Positions 1-7,670 of a stretch of DNA of 53,728 bases are shown one piece after another. Within the stretch, counting starts at the first letter, position 1. Each line of letters opens with the position of its first letter. Below the pieces are notes generated by a model. That model was not told the origin of the DNA, searched no databases, and worked only from the letters and a program-made list of their open reading frames with translations. This DNA comes from a virus (taxonomy: Duplodnaviria > Heunggongvirae > Uroviricota > Caudoviricetes): the IMG/VR virus record IMGVR_UViG_3300033233_000005. One strand, given 5' to 3'. Made by a program: the position numbers and the translations under genes.

Positions 1-41
1 ATCAATTCAATCATATCAAGGGTAGGGCATTAATCGCGTGT

Positions 42-254
42 TTGATGGTTGATATTGAGACTATGGCAAATAGACCAACTGGTGGCAGACCAGATAACGT
101 TGATAAGAATGTGTTGATGGCTAAGCATGTGCTATTCTTTGATTTCCTTCGTCAGATATGGAAAGAGATCAATATATTTGTTGATTGTAATGACATCGAC
201 AATGCAGTATATTGTATAGAGAAGCGATTATCAAGAATAAAAGAAGGGGGCTAA
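42..254 (+). CDS. hypothetical protein
   Basis: Short ORF abutting the next gene; its 3' end supplies the GAAGGGGG SD-like sequence of the next ORF. Confidence 0.4.
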   Translation: MMVDIETMANRPTGGRPDNVDKNVLMAKHVLFFDFLRQIWKEINIFVDCNDIDNAVYCIEKRLSRIKEGG

Positions 255-256
255 AC

Positions 257-883
257 ATGTCAGATGACATTAGAATAGGGACATATGGTTGGTGGGATAG
301 GATCTATATCAAACATGGCAATAAGATGTGGTCTGTTGATAGTATATCATGTTGGCAACGGAATATGCGTATTGTAAAAACAGATCCTGCAAAATTGAAT
401 CCAGTTAAGAATTGGGCTGGTATGGGTATAGCGGTATATGGTAGAACATTTACTGCTGATAAACTAACATCGGTTGGTAGAGATGAATTAACCCAGCGAT
501 ATCAATCAGTATTGCAGGCTCTTGGTATGGGTCGAGTTAAAGATGGGTTTTTAAGTTCTGCACGTGGATCAAATCCTATTATATCCAATGGTAAGCAGAT
601 CGCATATAGGTTCTCTGCTGGCGAGGATAAGGCTAGTATAGCTAGGATATCTAAATCACCAAAATACCTATGGGGATTGGATCCCTGTCTAATCTCTTCT
701 TCCGGAGAGATAGTAATACCGGCAGAGCAGATCATAGAAACGATTGTTGCCAATAAAGGGATCTTATTTGATCCATTGGCATGGAAGAAGGCCAAGGACA
801 GAGAAGAAGAATTTGTCTATTTAAAATGGGGTTCTGATAAGCCACAGATGGGCATACTTTACAAAAGTGCAAGCTCGGTATAA
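257..883 (+). CDS. hypothetical protein
   Basis: 209-codon ORF; ATG 257 chosen over 212 because of the SD-like sequence upstream; no motif recognised. Confidence 0.7.
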   Translation: MSDDIRIGTYGWWDRIYIKHGNKMWSVDSISCWQRNMRIVKTDPAKLNPVKNWAGMGIAVYGRTFTADKLTSVGRDELTQRYQSVLQALGMGRVKDGFLSSARGSNPIISNGKQIAYRFSAGEDKASIARISKSPKYLWGLDPCLISSSGEIVIPAEQIIETIVANKGILFDPLAWKKAKDREEEFVYLKWGSDKPQMGILYKSASSV

Positions 884-886
884 AAT
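858..886 (+). promoter_or_regulatory. sigma70-type promoter
   Basis: TTTACA(858-863)-17 nt-TAAAAT(881-886). Confidence 0.7.
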
Positions 887-892
887 GGAGCA

Positions 893-1012
893 GAGGCAGC
901 GGTACCTCCAGACCGCTGTTAGGGGCGCTCGGCGGTAGATCCCACCTTTTTGTCTGCCGTCGAGTTGCTCAACTTAAACTGGAGATAACTGGAGCCCTCA
1001 GGCTGGAGGAAT
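893..1012 (+). promoter_or_regulatory. structured 5' leader with alternative pairings
   Basis: Hairpin CAGCGGT/ACCGCTG (897-918); hairpin CGGTAGA/TCTGCCG (933-959); loop CCTCCAG complementary to CTGGAGG (1003-1009, the SD). Confidence 0.55.
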
Positions 1013-1474
1013 GTGATGCCCGATGTTGATATAGCCTCTGTGTTTACAGAGTGTTTGAGACGTGCCAAGAGGCGGTTCCCCAAGTCCCTTCCTTCCATCT
1101 TTGACGAGCAGGATCTTATTAGCGCTTGGAGCTATGGATTCTATTTGGGGTGGTTGAAAGTAGATTGGAACCGTGGTGACCCTTTGGAGTTCCTCATAGC
1201 AAATGGGATATTCTATATGCGCACTCTGCGGTATAGAACACTTGCGAAGAAGAACATCATCACGTGCGCTGTATGCGGTGGACGGATGAAGATGAGCCAG
1301 AAAGTATGCGGTAAGAAGTTGCGTGATGACAGTATCTGCTCTGGAACGGAGGAAGATCGGCAAATGCAACTCGCAGAAGTTTCCGATGAGTTTATAGAGA
1401 ATCGTGCCGACTATTCTTCTACTCATAGCAGGAGGAACGGGGAGTCTATACCTTCTAGGCCCAGCATAACTTAA
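1013..1474 (+). CDS. sigma-70 region 2-like protein with C-terminal Cys4 Zn ribbon
   Basis: DEQDLISAWSYGFYLGWLKVDWNRG...IFYMRTLR follows the region 2 pattern EDLxQEGxxGLxxAxxxFDxxRG; then CAVC-x10-C-x9-C; no region 4 HTH. Confidence 0.6.
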   Translation: MMPDVDIASVFTECLRRAKRRFPKSLPSIFDEQDLISAWSYGFYLGWLKVDWNRGDPLEFLIANGIFYMRTLRYRTLAKKNIITCAVCGGRMKMSQKVCGKKLRDDSICSGTEEDRQMQLAEVSDEFIENRADYSSTHSRRNGESIPSRPSIT

Positions 1475-1484
1475 AGGAGAGCAG

Positions 1485-2573
1485 ATGGATCAGAATGTAG
1501 ACGTCGTCATCGATGGGCAGTATGGCAGTACTGGTAAGGGTTTAATCTGTCAGACCATAGCAGACAATTACAAGTTGGCGGTAACATGTAATGCTCCAAA
1601 TGCTGGGCACACTATCAGATGGGATGGGAGCCAAAATCCAGAGGGGCAATGGATGGGAAGGAAGACCTTTAAGGCTAGGCACGTCCCATCCTCTGTCCTC
1701 AACAAAGACTGTAAGTTAGCTATCGGTGCTGGTGCTTTGATTGGAATGGAGGTATTAGAGAAGGAACTTCAAGAATTACACAGTCTAGGTGTTGAGATTG
1801 AAGATAGACTGTATATTGACCCTCATGCTACTATGGTGCAGACTAGACATGTTAATGCAGAGCATGAAAAGAAAGAAGGTTCAGACATGTTTGATCGCAT
1901 TGGGTCCACTCGTGAAGGATGTGGACCAGCGTGGGCCGAGCGTGTACTGCGTCGTGGTGGGACTCAATTAGCTTATATGGAACCATATCTACAGAGGTTT
2001 ATTAGTAAAGAGCCAGTATCCCACATGATTAGATCTTACGATCGAGTTCTTCTAGAGGGTGCACAAGGCACCGGTCTGTCGAATATTCACGGGATCTACC
2101 CATATACCACATTTAGGGATACTACCGCATCTGGATTCGCATCTGCGGCTGGGGTTCCGCCACGTGCTATTAGAAATGTAATCATGGTGATCAGAACCTA
2201 TCCGATCAGAGTTGCTGGTATGAGCGGGCCAACTGGTGGTAAAGAGCTTGATTGGACATATTTCAGCAAGAGAGCCGGTAAAGAAGTGTCAGAGAGAACA
2301 ACTGTTACCAATCGGGTGCGTAGAATATTTGAGTTCTCTATGGACGATTTTAAACACGCGGTTATTCTGAATGGACCAAATATCATCGCTCTTAACTTCT
2401 TGAATTACCTTGATCCGAGCGATGAAGGGAAGACTGATTTTGACAAATTGGGATCTGTGTCCCGCAAGTTTATCGACGACATAGAGGCCGTGGCTCAAGC
2501 TCCGGTATTAATTATGAGCACGTCGGCTGATTCGGTGGTAGTCAGACCAGAATTACAGCCGATGCTGGCATGA
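1485..2573 (+). CDS. purZ: PurZ, N6-succino-2-amino-2'-deoxyadenylate synthase (PurA paralogue)
   Basis: PurA fold motifs PNAGHT, GST, LEGAQG, RTYPIRV, TTVT..RR; P-loop QYGSTGKG has Ser15 where PurA has Asp (GDEGKG); N304-F-L-N307 in place of the PurA TKLD; YPYTTFR. Confidence 0.88.
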   Translation: MDQNVDVVIDGQYGSTGKGLICQTIADNYKLAVTCNAPNAGHTIRWDGSQNPEGQWMGRKTFKARHVPSSVLNKDCKLAIGAGALIGMEVLEKELQELHSLGVEIEDRLYIDPHATMVQTRHVNAEHEKKEGSDMFDRIGSTREGCGPAWAERVLRRGGTQLAYMEPYLQRFISKEPVSHMIRSYDRVLLEGAQGTGLSNIHGIYPYTTFRDTTASGFASAAGVPPRAIRNVIMVIRTYPIRVAGMSGPTGGKELDWTYFSKRAGKEVSERTTVTNRVRRIFEFSMDDFKHAVILNGPNIIALNFLNYLDPSDEGKTDFDKLGSVSRKFIDDIEAVAQAPVLIMSTSADSVVVRPELQPMLA

Positions 2574-2680
2574 TGACACTTCTGCTCCTTATGGCATTTT
2601 GTGTCGTTACAGTAAAACTTATAGAGAGAAGCCGCAATAGGATGATGCCAATGCCAACAACAACATTACAGGAGAAAATC

Positions 2681-2845
2681 ATGGCAGAAAAAGTCACATT
2701 ATATTCGAATGACGGCAAGCAGATCGCCACATGGATCACAGATGGAGAAGATATTACGATAGAGGGTGGCGATTGCAATTTCACTACAGATAAAGGTAAG
2801 CAAGTGAATACCGGTGGTGGCATAGTAATAGTCGAAGAAGTATAG
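2681..2845 (+). CDS. small hypothetical protein
   Basis: ATG 2681 preceded by AGGAGA; beta-rich, 54 aa. Confidence 0.6.
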   Translation: MAEKVTLYSNDGKQIATWITDGEDITIEGGDCNFTTDKGKQVNTGGGIVIVEEV

Positions 2846-2860
2846 TAAAAGGAGGCTCCT

Positions 2861-3151
2861 ATGCGACTAAGGAATATCACTGTATTCCTGTGGTGGTCGC
2901 TGGCGATGTTCCTGATAACTACCAACGTCACGCTGGTAATCGGCATGTCTATTATATTGTTAGCCGCCGCACCATTTGCCAAATGGATTGCTCCAAATGG
3001 GGATCAGGTAGATATTGCACCATCTAGAGGGATGCAGAGATTCAACAATCTGTATACTATGACCATGATGTCTGTAACTAAGGCCGCATTAATGAGTGGC
3101 GATCTTGAACCGCCCAAATTTAAAGTGACGGACCTGGGACAAGGAGGCTAA
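2861..3151 (+). CDS. membrane protein (two N-terminal TM segments)
   Basis: AGGAGG SD; hydrophobic stretches ITVFLWWSLAMFLIT and VTLVIGMSIILLAAAPF. Confidence 0.7.
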   Translation: MRLRNITVFLWWSLAMFLITTNVTLVIGMSIILLAAAPFAKWIAPNGDQVDIAPSRGMQRFNNLYTMTMMSVTKAALMSGDLEPPKFKVTDLGQGG

Positions 3152-3152
3152 C

Positions 3153-3488
3153 ATGTGGATACTGGAGATGGCTTTAGGTGTATCCGCCATCGCGCTAGTC
3201 CTGTATCCTGTGATAAGGTTACTAAATAGACTGCTGTATCCAGACTATCTGGAACATCGCCAGAAGGAACTTAGAACCTTTACCGCCCAACTATTGTCTA
3301 TCCATAGTCAAATGATAGAGGAATTGAATCAAGCTAGGAAAGAAATGGGTCTTGAAGAATTACCAATCACTCCGATAGCATCGAAATTCAAGAGCAGATA
3401 CTGGCACAATTTGTTGATTAATTGGAAGAATGCGGTTGAATCCTCTGCAATAAGAAGCCGGTGGTTCAAGAACACACTGGAGAAGTAA
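3153..3488 (+). CDS. membrane-anchored hypothetical protein
   Basis: AGGAGG SD; N-terminal TM ALGVSAIALVLYPVI. Confidence 0.7.
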   Translation: MWILEMALGVSAIALVLYPVIRLLNRLLYPDYLEHRQKELRTFTAQLLSIHSQMIEELNQARKEMGLEELPITPIASKFKSRYWHNLLINWKNAVESSAIRSRWFKNTLEK

Positions 3489-3490
3489 CT

Positions 3491-3874
3491 ATGAAGATGC
3501 TAAAGATTATCACGCATCCTATAGGCCTGCTGTTGTCGGTTGTATCTTTAGGAGTAGCGGGTGCCTTTACCCTAGAAGTTATGATCAGATTGTCTGAGTC
3601 TATGTTGGCTATGTCTGTGCCTGGCATGTCACCGATCATACAGACAGATTGGCCAAGGTCGCTATCTAGGATTCTGTGGTCTATGATGCTGTCGACTGTA
3701 TGCATGAAGATCGTGGTGGTGGTTCTTGATCTGGTCAGGTTCTCTCATGGGCGCAGAATAGTAGATATGACGCCACTTGACCAGATAGATGTGTTAGAGC
3801 ACGAATTTCTGCTCAGATGGAGTATGCGTGATGACGACGACGATGTAACTTCTGTATGGGAGGCAATACCATGA
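3491..3874 (+). CDS. membrane protein (two TM segments)
   Basis: GGAG SD; IGLLLSVVSLGVAGAFTL and ILWSMMLSTVCMKIVVVVL. Confidence 0.65.
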   Translation: MKMLKIITHPIGLLLSVVSLGVAGAFTLEVMIRLSESMLAMSVPGMSPIIQTDWPRSLSRILWSMMLSTVCMKIVVVVLDLVRFSHGRRIVDMTPLDQIDVLEHEFLLRWSMRDDDDDVTSVWEAIP

Positions 3875-4119
3875 AATATGCAGCTATGTCCATACTAGTA
3901 TTGCTATTATCTGGGTGTGCTGGTGACCCTGTGCGTCAAAAGGCGCGGGACCTGATGTATGCTATTGATCGGGACGCGAGAACATGTCATTGGCGATATG
4001 ATCCAACATGTACAGCAGACTTGAAGCTAAATTTCTGCAAGATTACCATAGATAGGATTGAATGGGATTATACCTGCACAAATGGACATATGGTTACACA
4101 CTTAGGAGTATTACCATGA
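3871..4119 (+). CDS. lipoprotein
   Basis: GGAGG SD; MKYAAMSILVLLLSGC = signal peptide with LSGC lipobox. Confidence 0.7.
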   Translation: MKYAAMSILVLLLSGCAGDPVRQKARDLMYAIDRDARTCHWRYDPTCTADLKLNFCKITIDRIEWDYTCTNGHMVTHLGVLP

Positions 4120-4547
4120 AAGACCCGGTGGAAGCCACTATACGGGCATTCGTTGATCTACAGAATACCGTACCCGATGGCTATAAATTCCCAGTGATGG
4201 TATGTGCTGTGTCCGCTGTAGCAGTGTTTATTATGTGCATGACATTTACTGATGTGTGGGTGCAGGAAAATCGTATAAACAAGTACTGGACGTCGATCTG
4301 TGATGAAGTGATTAATGAGATTGACGCTCTGATGCCAGTATATCATAAGGAAATGCTGGCATATGCACAGATGATGAAGAGGTCGATATTGAATAACAAA
4401 GGATTTACGACTGTGGTAGCCTCTATAGGAGAGGATGTCAAAATCAAAGCCGAGCGAGACTATTGCCTAGTAGATATCCATAATCAGGCCGCAGTGGATA
4501 TGCTGCAGGCTCAATTTGTGAAGTTGGTACAACAATGCAAGACTTGA
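4116..4547 (+). CDS. membrane-anchored hypothetical protein
   Basis: AGGAG SD, ATGA overlap with the previous gene; TM VMVCAVSAVAVFIMCMTF. Confidence 0.65.
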   Translation: MKDPVEATIRAFVDLQNTVPDGYKFPVMVCAVSAVAVFIMCMTFTDVWVQENRINKYWTSICDEVINEIDALMPVYHKEMLAYAQMMKRSILNNKGFTTVVASIGEDVKIKAERDYCLVDIHNQAAVDMLQAQFVKLVQQCKT

Positions 4548-4643
4548 TGGCCACATTATCCGCGTGTTTTAATAAATGTGGCCTCAAAAGCCAGTCTGCT
4601 TACAGAGTTGTGCATAGACTAAGGCTGAGGCGTAGGAGGACCC

Positions 4644-5438
4644 ATGAGTTGGTTAGAGTCTGAGAAAGGTTCAACACTCCCCGAGTATATTCTAAGGTTC
4701 AAAGCGGATGACAAGTTTACCATCCGTATGTTGGACAATAACCGTCCCGAACGGGTGTTCACCCACAGCACCAGGAATCTACGGAATCAGTTCGTAAAGT
4801 TCCTGTGTGTTGGGCCTAAGGCAGGGTGTACATTTTGTGCTACCAATAAGGAACGCGAAGTAGCACATGCGAAGAACAAGGATAAGCCGTTCCCGACCAA
4901 GCTGGATTACGTCAAGCCAGTATATGTGTATGAAAAAGATGCGGTCATGTTGCTGATCGGAGTTGAAGTGTGGCAACAGATTGACTTCATCGAGTCTGTG
5001 TCTGGCAACTTGTCCGATAAGGATATCGTTGTTCAGGCTAGACAACAGGATCGGTTGACCTATTTTGCCCAGGCCGCTGCCGTTGGTCCATTCAACAAGC
5101 AGATAGATAAGGCGCAGGCGAGTGAGTTGATGACCAAGTACACCGAATACCTACGTGGTAACATTAAGTCGGTAGACAATATCCCACAGCCACAGGTTTC
5201 TGCTACCGCATCTGCTGAACCAGCTGGTGCCGGTGCTGCAGAGATTGAAGTGAGTGGTGATTTGAAATCTGTGCAGGACAAGTTGCTGTTCATGGTTGGA
5301 GACAATATGGACACGCAAGCCCTGTCCAAGTGCTTTGACAAGTTTGCATCCGGTAAGAATAAGATTAAAGACTTGACTATAGACGAATGCAACAAGATCA
5401 TTCCTGCTTATCAGGAAATGACCAAGGCAAAGAAGTAG
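4644..5438 (+). CDS. ssDNA-binding protein, gp32-like with Zn site
   Basis: AGGAGG SD; TIRML..(H41)..C..CTFC..PVYVYE..MLL pattern of gp32-like OB proteins; next to recA. Confidence 0.6.
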   Translation: MSWLESEKGSTLPEYILRFKADDKFTIRMLDNNRPERVFTHSTRNLRNQFVKFLCVGPKAGCTFCATNKEREVAHAKNKDKPFPTKLDYVKPVYVYEKDAVMLLIGVEVWQQIDFIESVSGNLSDKDIVVQARQQDRLTYFAQAAAVGPFNKQIDKAQASELMTKYTEYLRGNIKSVDNIPQPQVSATASAEPAGAGAAEIEVSGDLKSVQDKLLFMVGDNMDTQALSKCFDKFASGKNKIKDLTIDECNKIIPAYQEMTKAKK

Positions 5439-5470
5439 TACATAACTGCGACGTGACGAGTCACGTTAAT

Positions 5471-5630
5471 CAGATATAGGAGCTTTGGCTGGTACAGGGC
5501 AGTTTCCTAAACGTGTTCAGCCGAATCGGAAGGCTGGTGAGGCCGGGTCGGTCTATCAGGGTTGCTGGCAGAGAACCGATGCCAACCGGATATAAAACAG
5601 GGCATAGCTACACGCCCATCCTATATACTG
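5471..5630. ncRNA. unassigned structured RNA
   Basis: Closing helix ATATAGGA(5474-5481)/TCCTATAT(5619-5626); internal hairpins CAGCC/GGCTG, GGTT..GGCA/TGCCAACC and GGGC/GCCC; no ORF. Confidence 0.5.
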
Positions 5631-5657
5631 CCAGATAATCTGGCCAGTTAGTACTTA

Positions 5658-5666
5658 TGGTAAAAT
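5658..5666 (+). promoter_or_regulatory. extended -10 promoter for the tRNA
   Basis: TG-g-TAAAAT, 13 nt upstream of the tRNA 5' end; TATAAT also at 5671-5676. Confidence 0.45.
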
Positions 5667-5679
5667 AGGATATAATAGT

Positions 5680-5765
5680 GGAAGGCGTCCGAATGGACGA
5701 GGACACCGTTTTGAACACGGCTGACCCGAAAGGGTTTGGGGGTTCGATTCCCTCGCCTTCCGCCA
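5680..5765 (+). tRNA. tRNA-Ser (anticodon TGA)
   Basis: Acceptor GGAAGGC/GCCTTCC; anticodon loop TTTGAAC (TGA at 5712-5714); long variable arm ACCC-GAAA-GGGT; GGTTCGATTCC T-arm; discriminator G; encoded CCA. Confidence 0.95.
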
Positions 5766-5815
5766 TCTTTATCCTCCGCGTATAAAATACTGTAGACAAA
5801 TTCGATGGAGGAACA

Positions 5816-6832
5816 ATGGGATTAGCTGATGATCTAAAGAAACTTCATGATAAGTGCGATATAGTGGTGCCTGAATATGAGGCAGTCAGTTCTGGTATCC
5901 TCGCACTAGATTTTGCTACCACCGTTCCTGGGATTCCGCGTGGTACGATTATCGATTTCTATGGGAAAGAGGGCCTCGGTAAAACCACCACAGCCTTAAC
6001 TCTGGTCGCTGAGAGGATTAAGAATGGTGAGCGGTGTGCGTATATAGACGTCGAACAGCGGTTAAATGATCAATTAATTAACATGAACATCCCAAACAGA
6101 GATTTATTTGAAGTATTTCGTCCTAAGGATGGCGACGCAGCCCTATTTCTAGTCACTTCGCTGGTGCAGCATCCAGAGATCAAGATGATAGTATTGGACT
6201 CAGTTGCTGCATTGGCATTTAAAGAAGTCATGGAAGACATAGAAGGTGAGGGAGTGCACGTGGCTATCGTATCAAGAAAATTGTCTCCATTCTTCCAGCG
6301 AGTAATGACACCGATCAGAGAAAATGGTTGTATCCTAGTCTGCATCAATCAGTTGAGAACCAAACCGATGCAGATGACTAGAGGTATAACCGAGACTCCT
6401 ACCGGAGGGATGGCCATACGTTTCTATGCATCCTTCATGATGAATATGACTCCAGAATCATTCGTCCGTGATGGTGACAATTTGGCTGGCCACAGGGTCT
6501 ACATTACCATGGACAAGAATAACTTTGGTCCTAAGGGCCGTAAGGCGTATATGACGATCATGTATGGTCAAGGTGTAGATAAGGTTAGGGATGTTATTGA
6601 ATGCGGACAGCAGGTTGGAATGATAAAGAAATCTTCCAGCTGGTATTACTATAAGCAGGGGACACCGGAAGAGATAAAGGCTCTAGGTGAAAACCAATTA
6701 GTAGAAAAGCTGTCTCCTATCCTAGATAAAGTGCAGGCTGAAATACTGGCGGCATGGAAAAATGAGAATCCGGACGACGCACCCAAAGATGCTCCAGCAA
6801 TAGAGGAACCTGTAAAGCCAGAGGATAAGTAA
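5816..6832 (+). CDS. recA: RecA/UvsX-like recombinase
   Basis: SGILALD, GIPRG, Walker A GKEGLGKTT, YIDVE, IVLDSVA, INQLR, TPTGG.A..FYAS. Confidence 0.95.
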   Translation: MGLADDLKKLHDKCDIVVPEYEAVSSGILALDFATTVPGIPRGTIIDFYGKEGLGKTTTALTLVAERIKNGERCAYIDVEQRLNDQLINMNIPNRDLFEVFRPKDGDAALFLVTSLVQHPEIKMIVLDSVAALAFKEVMEDIEGEGVHVAIVSRKLSPFFQRVMTPIRENGCILVCINQLRTKPMQMTRGITETPTGGMAIRFYASFMMNMTPESFVRDGDNLAGHRVYITMDKNNFGPKGRKAYMTIMYGQGVDKVRDVIECGQQVGMIKKSSSWYYYKQGTPEEIKALGENQLVEKLSPILDKVQAEILAAWKNENPDDAPKDAPAIEEPVKPEDK

Positions 6833-7416
6833 TGCCTTCTAATTCTAGGGGCAAGAAATTCGAGTATTATATTAGAGATTACTTGAATGCCCTTGGCATG
6901 AAGGCCAGACGTAGAAAGTTGTCTGGTAGTGATTTAAAAGAACCCTATGATATCAGGGTTCGAGGATTTATAGACCACGCTGGTGTACCAGTGGCTGAAC
7001 TTAAACGCCTTTTCCCAATGGTGATTGAAGCCAAGCGTAGGATGTCTAAGAATCGCATCATTATGGAATCTGAATGGTTCGATAAGACAAAAGGTAAGAG
7101 CATAATAGTGTTCGCCATTGGTATGAAACCTGGTGTTAAAATCAAGATGTACGCCGCCAGCCGTATAAATCTCGGTGAAGAACACAAATCGCTGCGTATG
7201 ATAGAAATGCGTAGAACTAAGACTATTAATGCGATTGATCTGGTGAGTAACTTTTTAATCAAATCAGCAGATGGAAAGCATTACCTGATACAACCATTTG
7301 ATGAATTCTTACAGCAAAAAGGATATATAAGGATTAATGGCGGTGTGGTGGGTTCCCAGGACCCCGCAAGTAATGATGTTGGTCTTAAGGCAGCCTCCTT
7401 TCTTCCAACTAGCTAG
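6832..7416 (+). CDS. Holliday junction resolvase (Hjc-like PD-(D/E)xK nuclease)
   Basis: RGKKFEYYIRDYL...SG...PYDI...IEAK. Confidence 0.75.
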   Translation: MPSNSRGKKFEYYIRDYLNALGMKARRRKLSGSDLKEPYDIRVRGFIDHAGVPVAELKRLFPMVIEAKRRMSKNRIIMESEWFDKTKGKSIIVFAIGMKPGVKIKMYAASRINLGEEHKSLRMIEMRRTKTINAIDLVSNFLIKSADGKHYLIQPFDEFLQQKGYIRINGGVVGSQDPASNDVGLKAASFLPTS

Positions 7417-7433
7417 CCACATCGTCTGCAATC

Positions 7434-7661
7434 ATGGCTAAAATTACATCAAACAAATGCAAGCTGTTTACCAGAGGGGAGCTATGGGGATTGCGGGCCA
7501 GGTGTTATCATTTTGCCAAGGTTAAACATTTGAATCCGATATGGAAACGGATTTATGAAGATTTGGCCGATGCAATAGATCATTTAGATGCAGCAATGGG
7601 AAGGAGTACAGTTTCAGTAGTTAGCAACCCTCCAAGATATAAAAGTCCATATTCGCCATAA
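7434..7661 (+). CDS. hypothetical protein
   Basis: Fills the gap in the operon; no motif recognised. Confidence 0.55.
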   Translation: MAKITSNKCKLFTRGELWGLRARCYHFAKVKHLNPIWKRIYEDLADAIDHLDAAMGRSTVSVVSNPPRYKSPYSP

Positions 7662-7670
7662 GGAGTACCA

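Noticed and set aside
42-254. DEDDh exonuclease (MVDIETM start)
   Set aside because: The similarity stops after about 8 residues and the ORF is only 70 aa
979-1009. CTGGAG triple repeat as CRISPR or iterons
   Set aside because: 6-bp units with 4-8 nt spacing; no CRISPR array or cas gene anywhere in the window
1485-2573. Annotation as ordinary PurA
   Set aside because: It lacks the catalytic Asp (GDEGKG) and the TKLD GTP motif; it has the PurZ Ser and NxxN instead
5471-5630. RNase P or SRP identity for the structured RNA
   Set aside because: There is loose resemblance (GGAAGGCTGGTG and ACAGGGCATAGCTA to RNase P CR-I/CR-V; minus-strand GTAGCTATGCCCTGT to the SRP Alu domain), but the GGAAAGUC bulged-U P4 and the SRP helix-8 CAGG/AGCA motif are absent
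5712-5714. tRNA as an opal suppressor / alternative genetic code
   Set aside because: Anticodon TGA reads UCA (Ser); a suppressor needs TCA. Long genes are intact in code 11, and TAA, TAG and TGA all end genes
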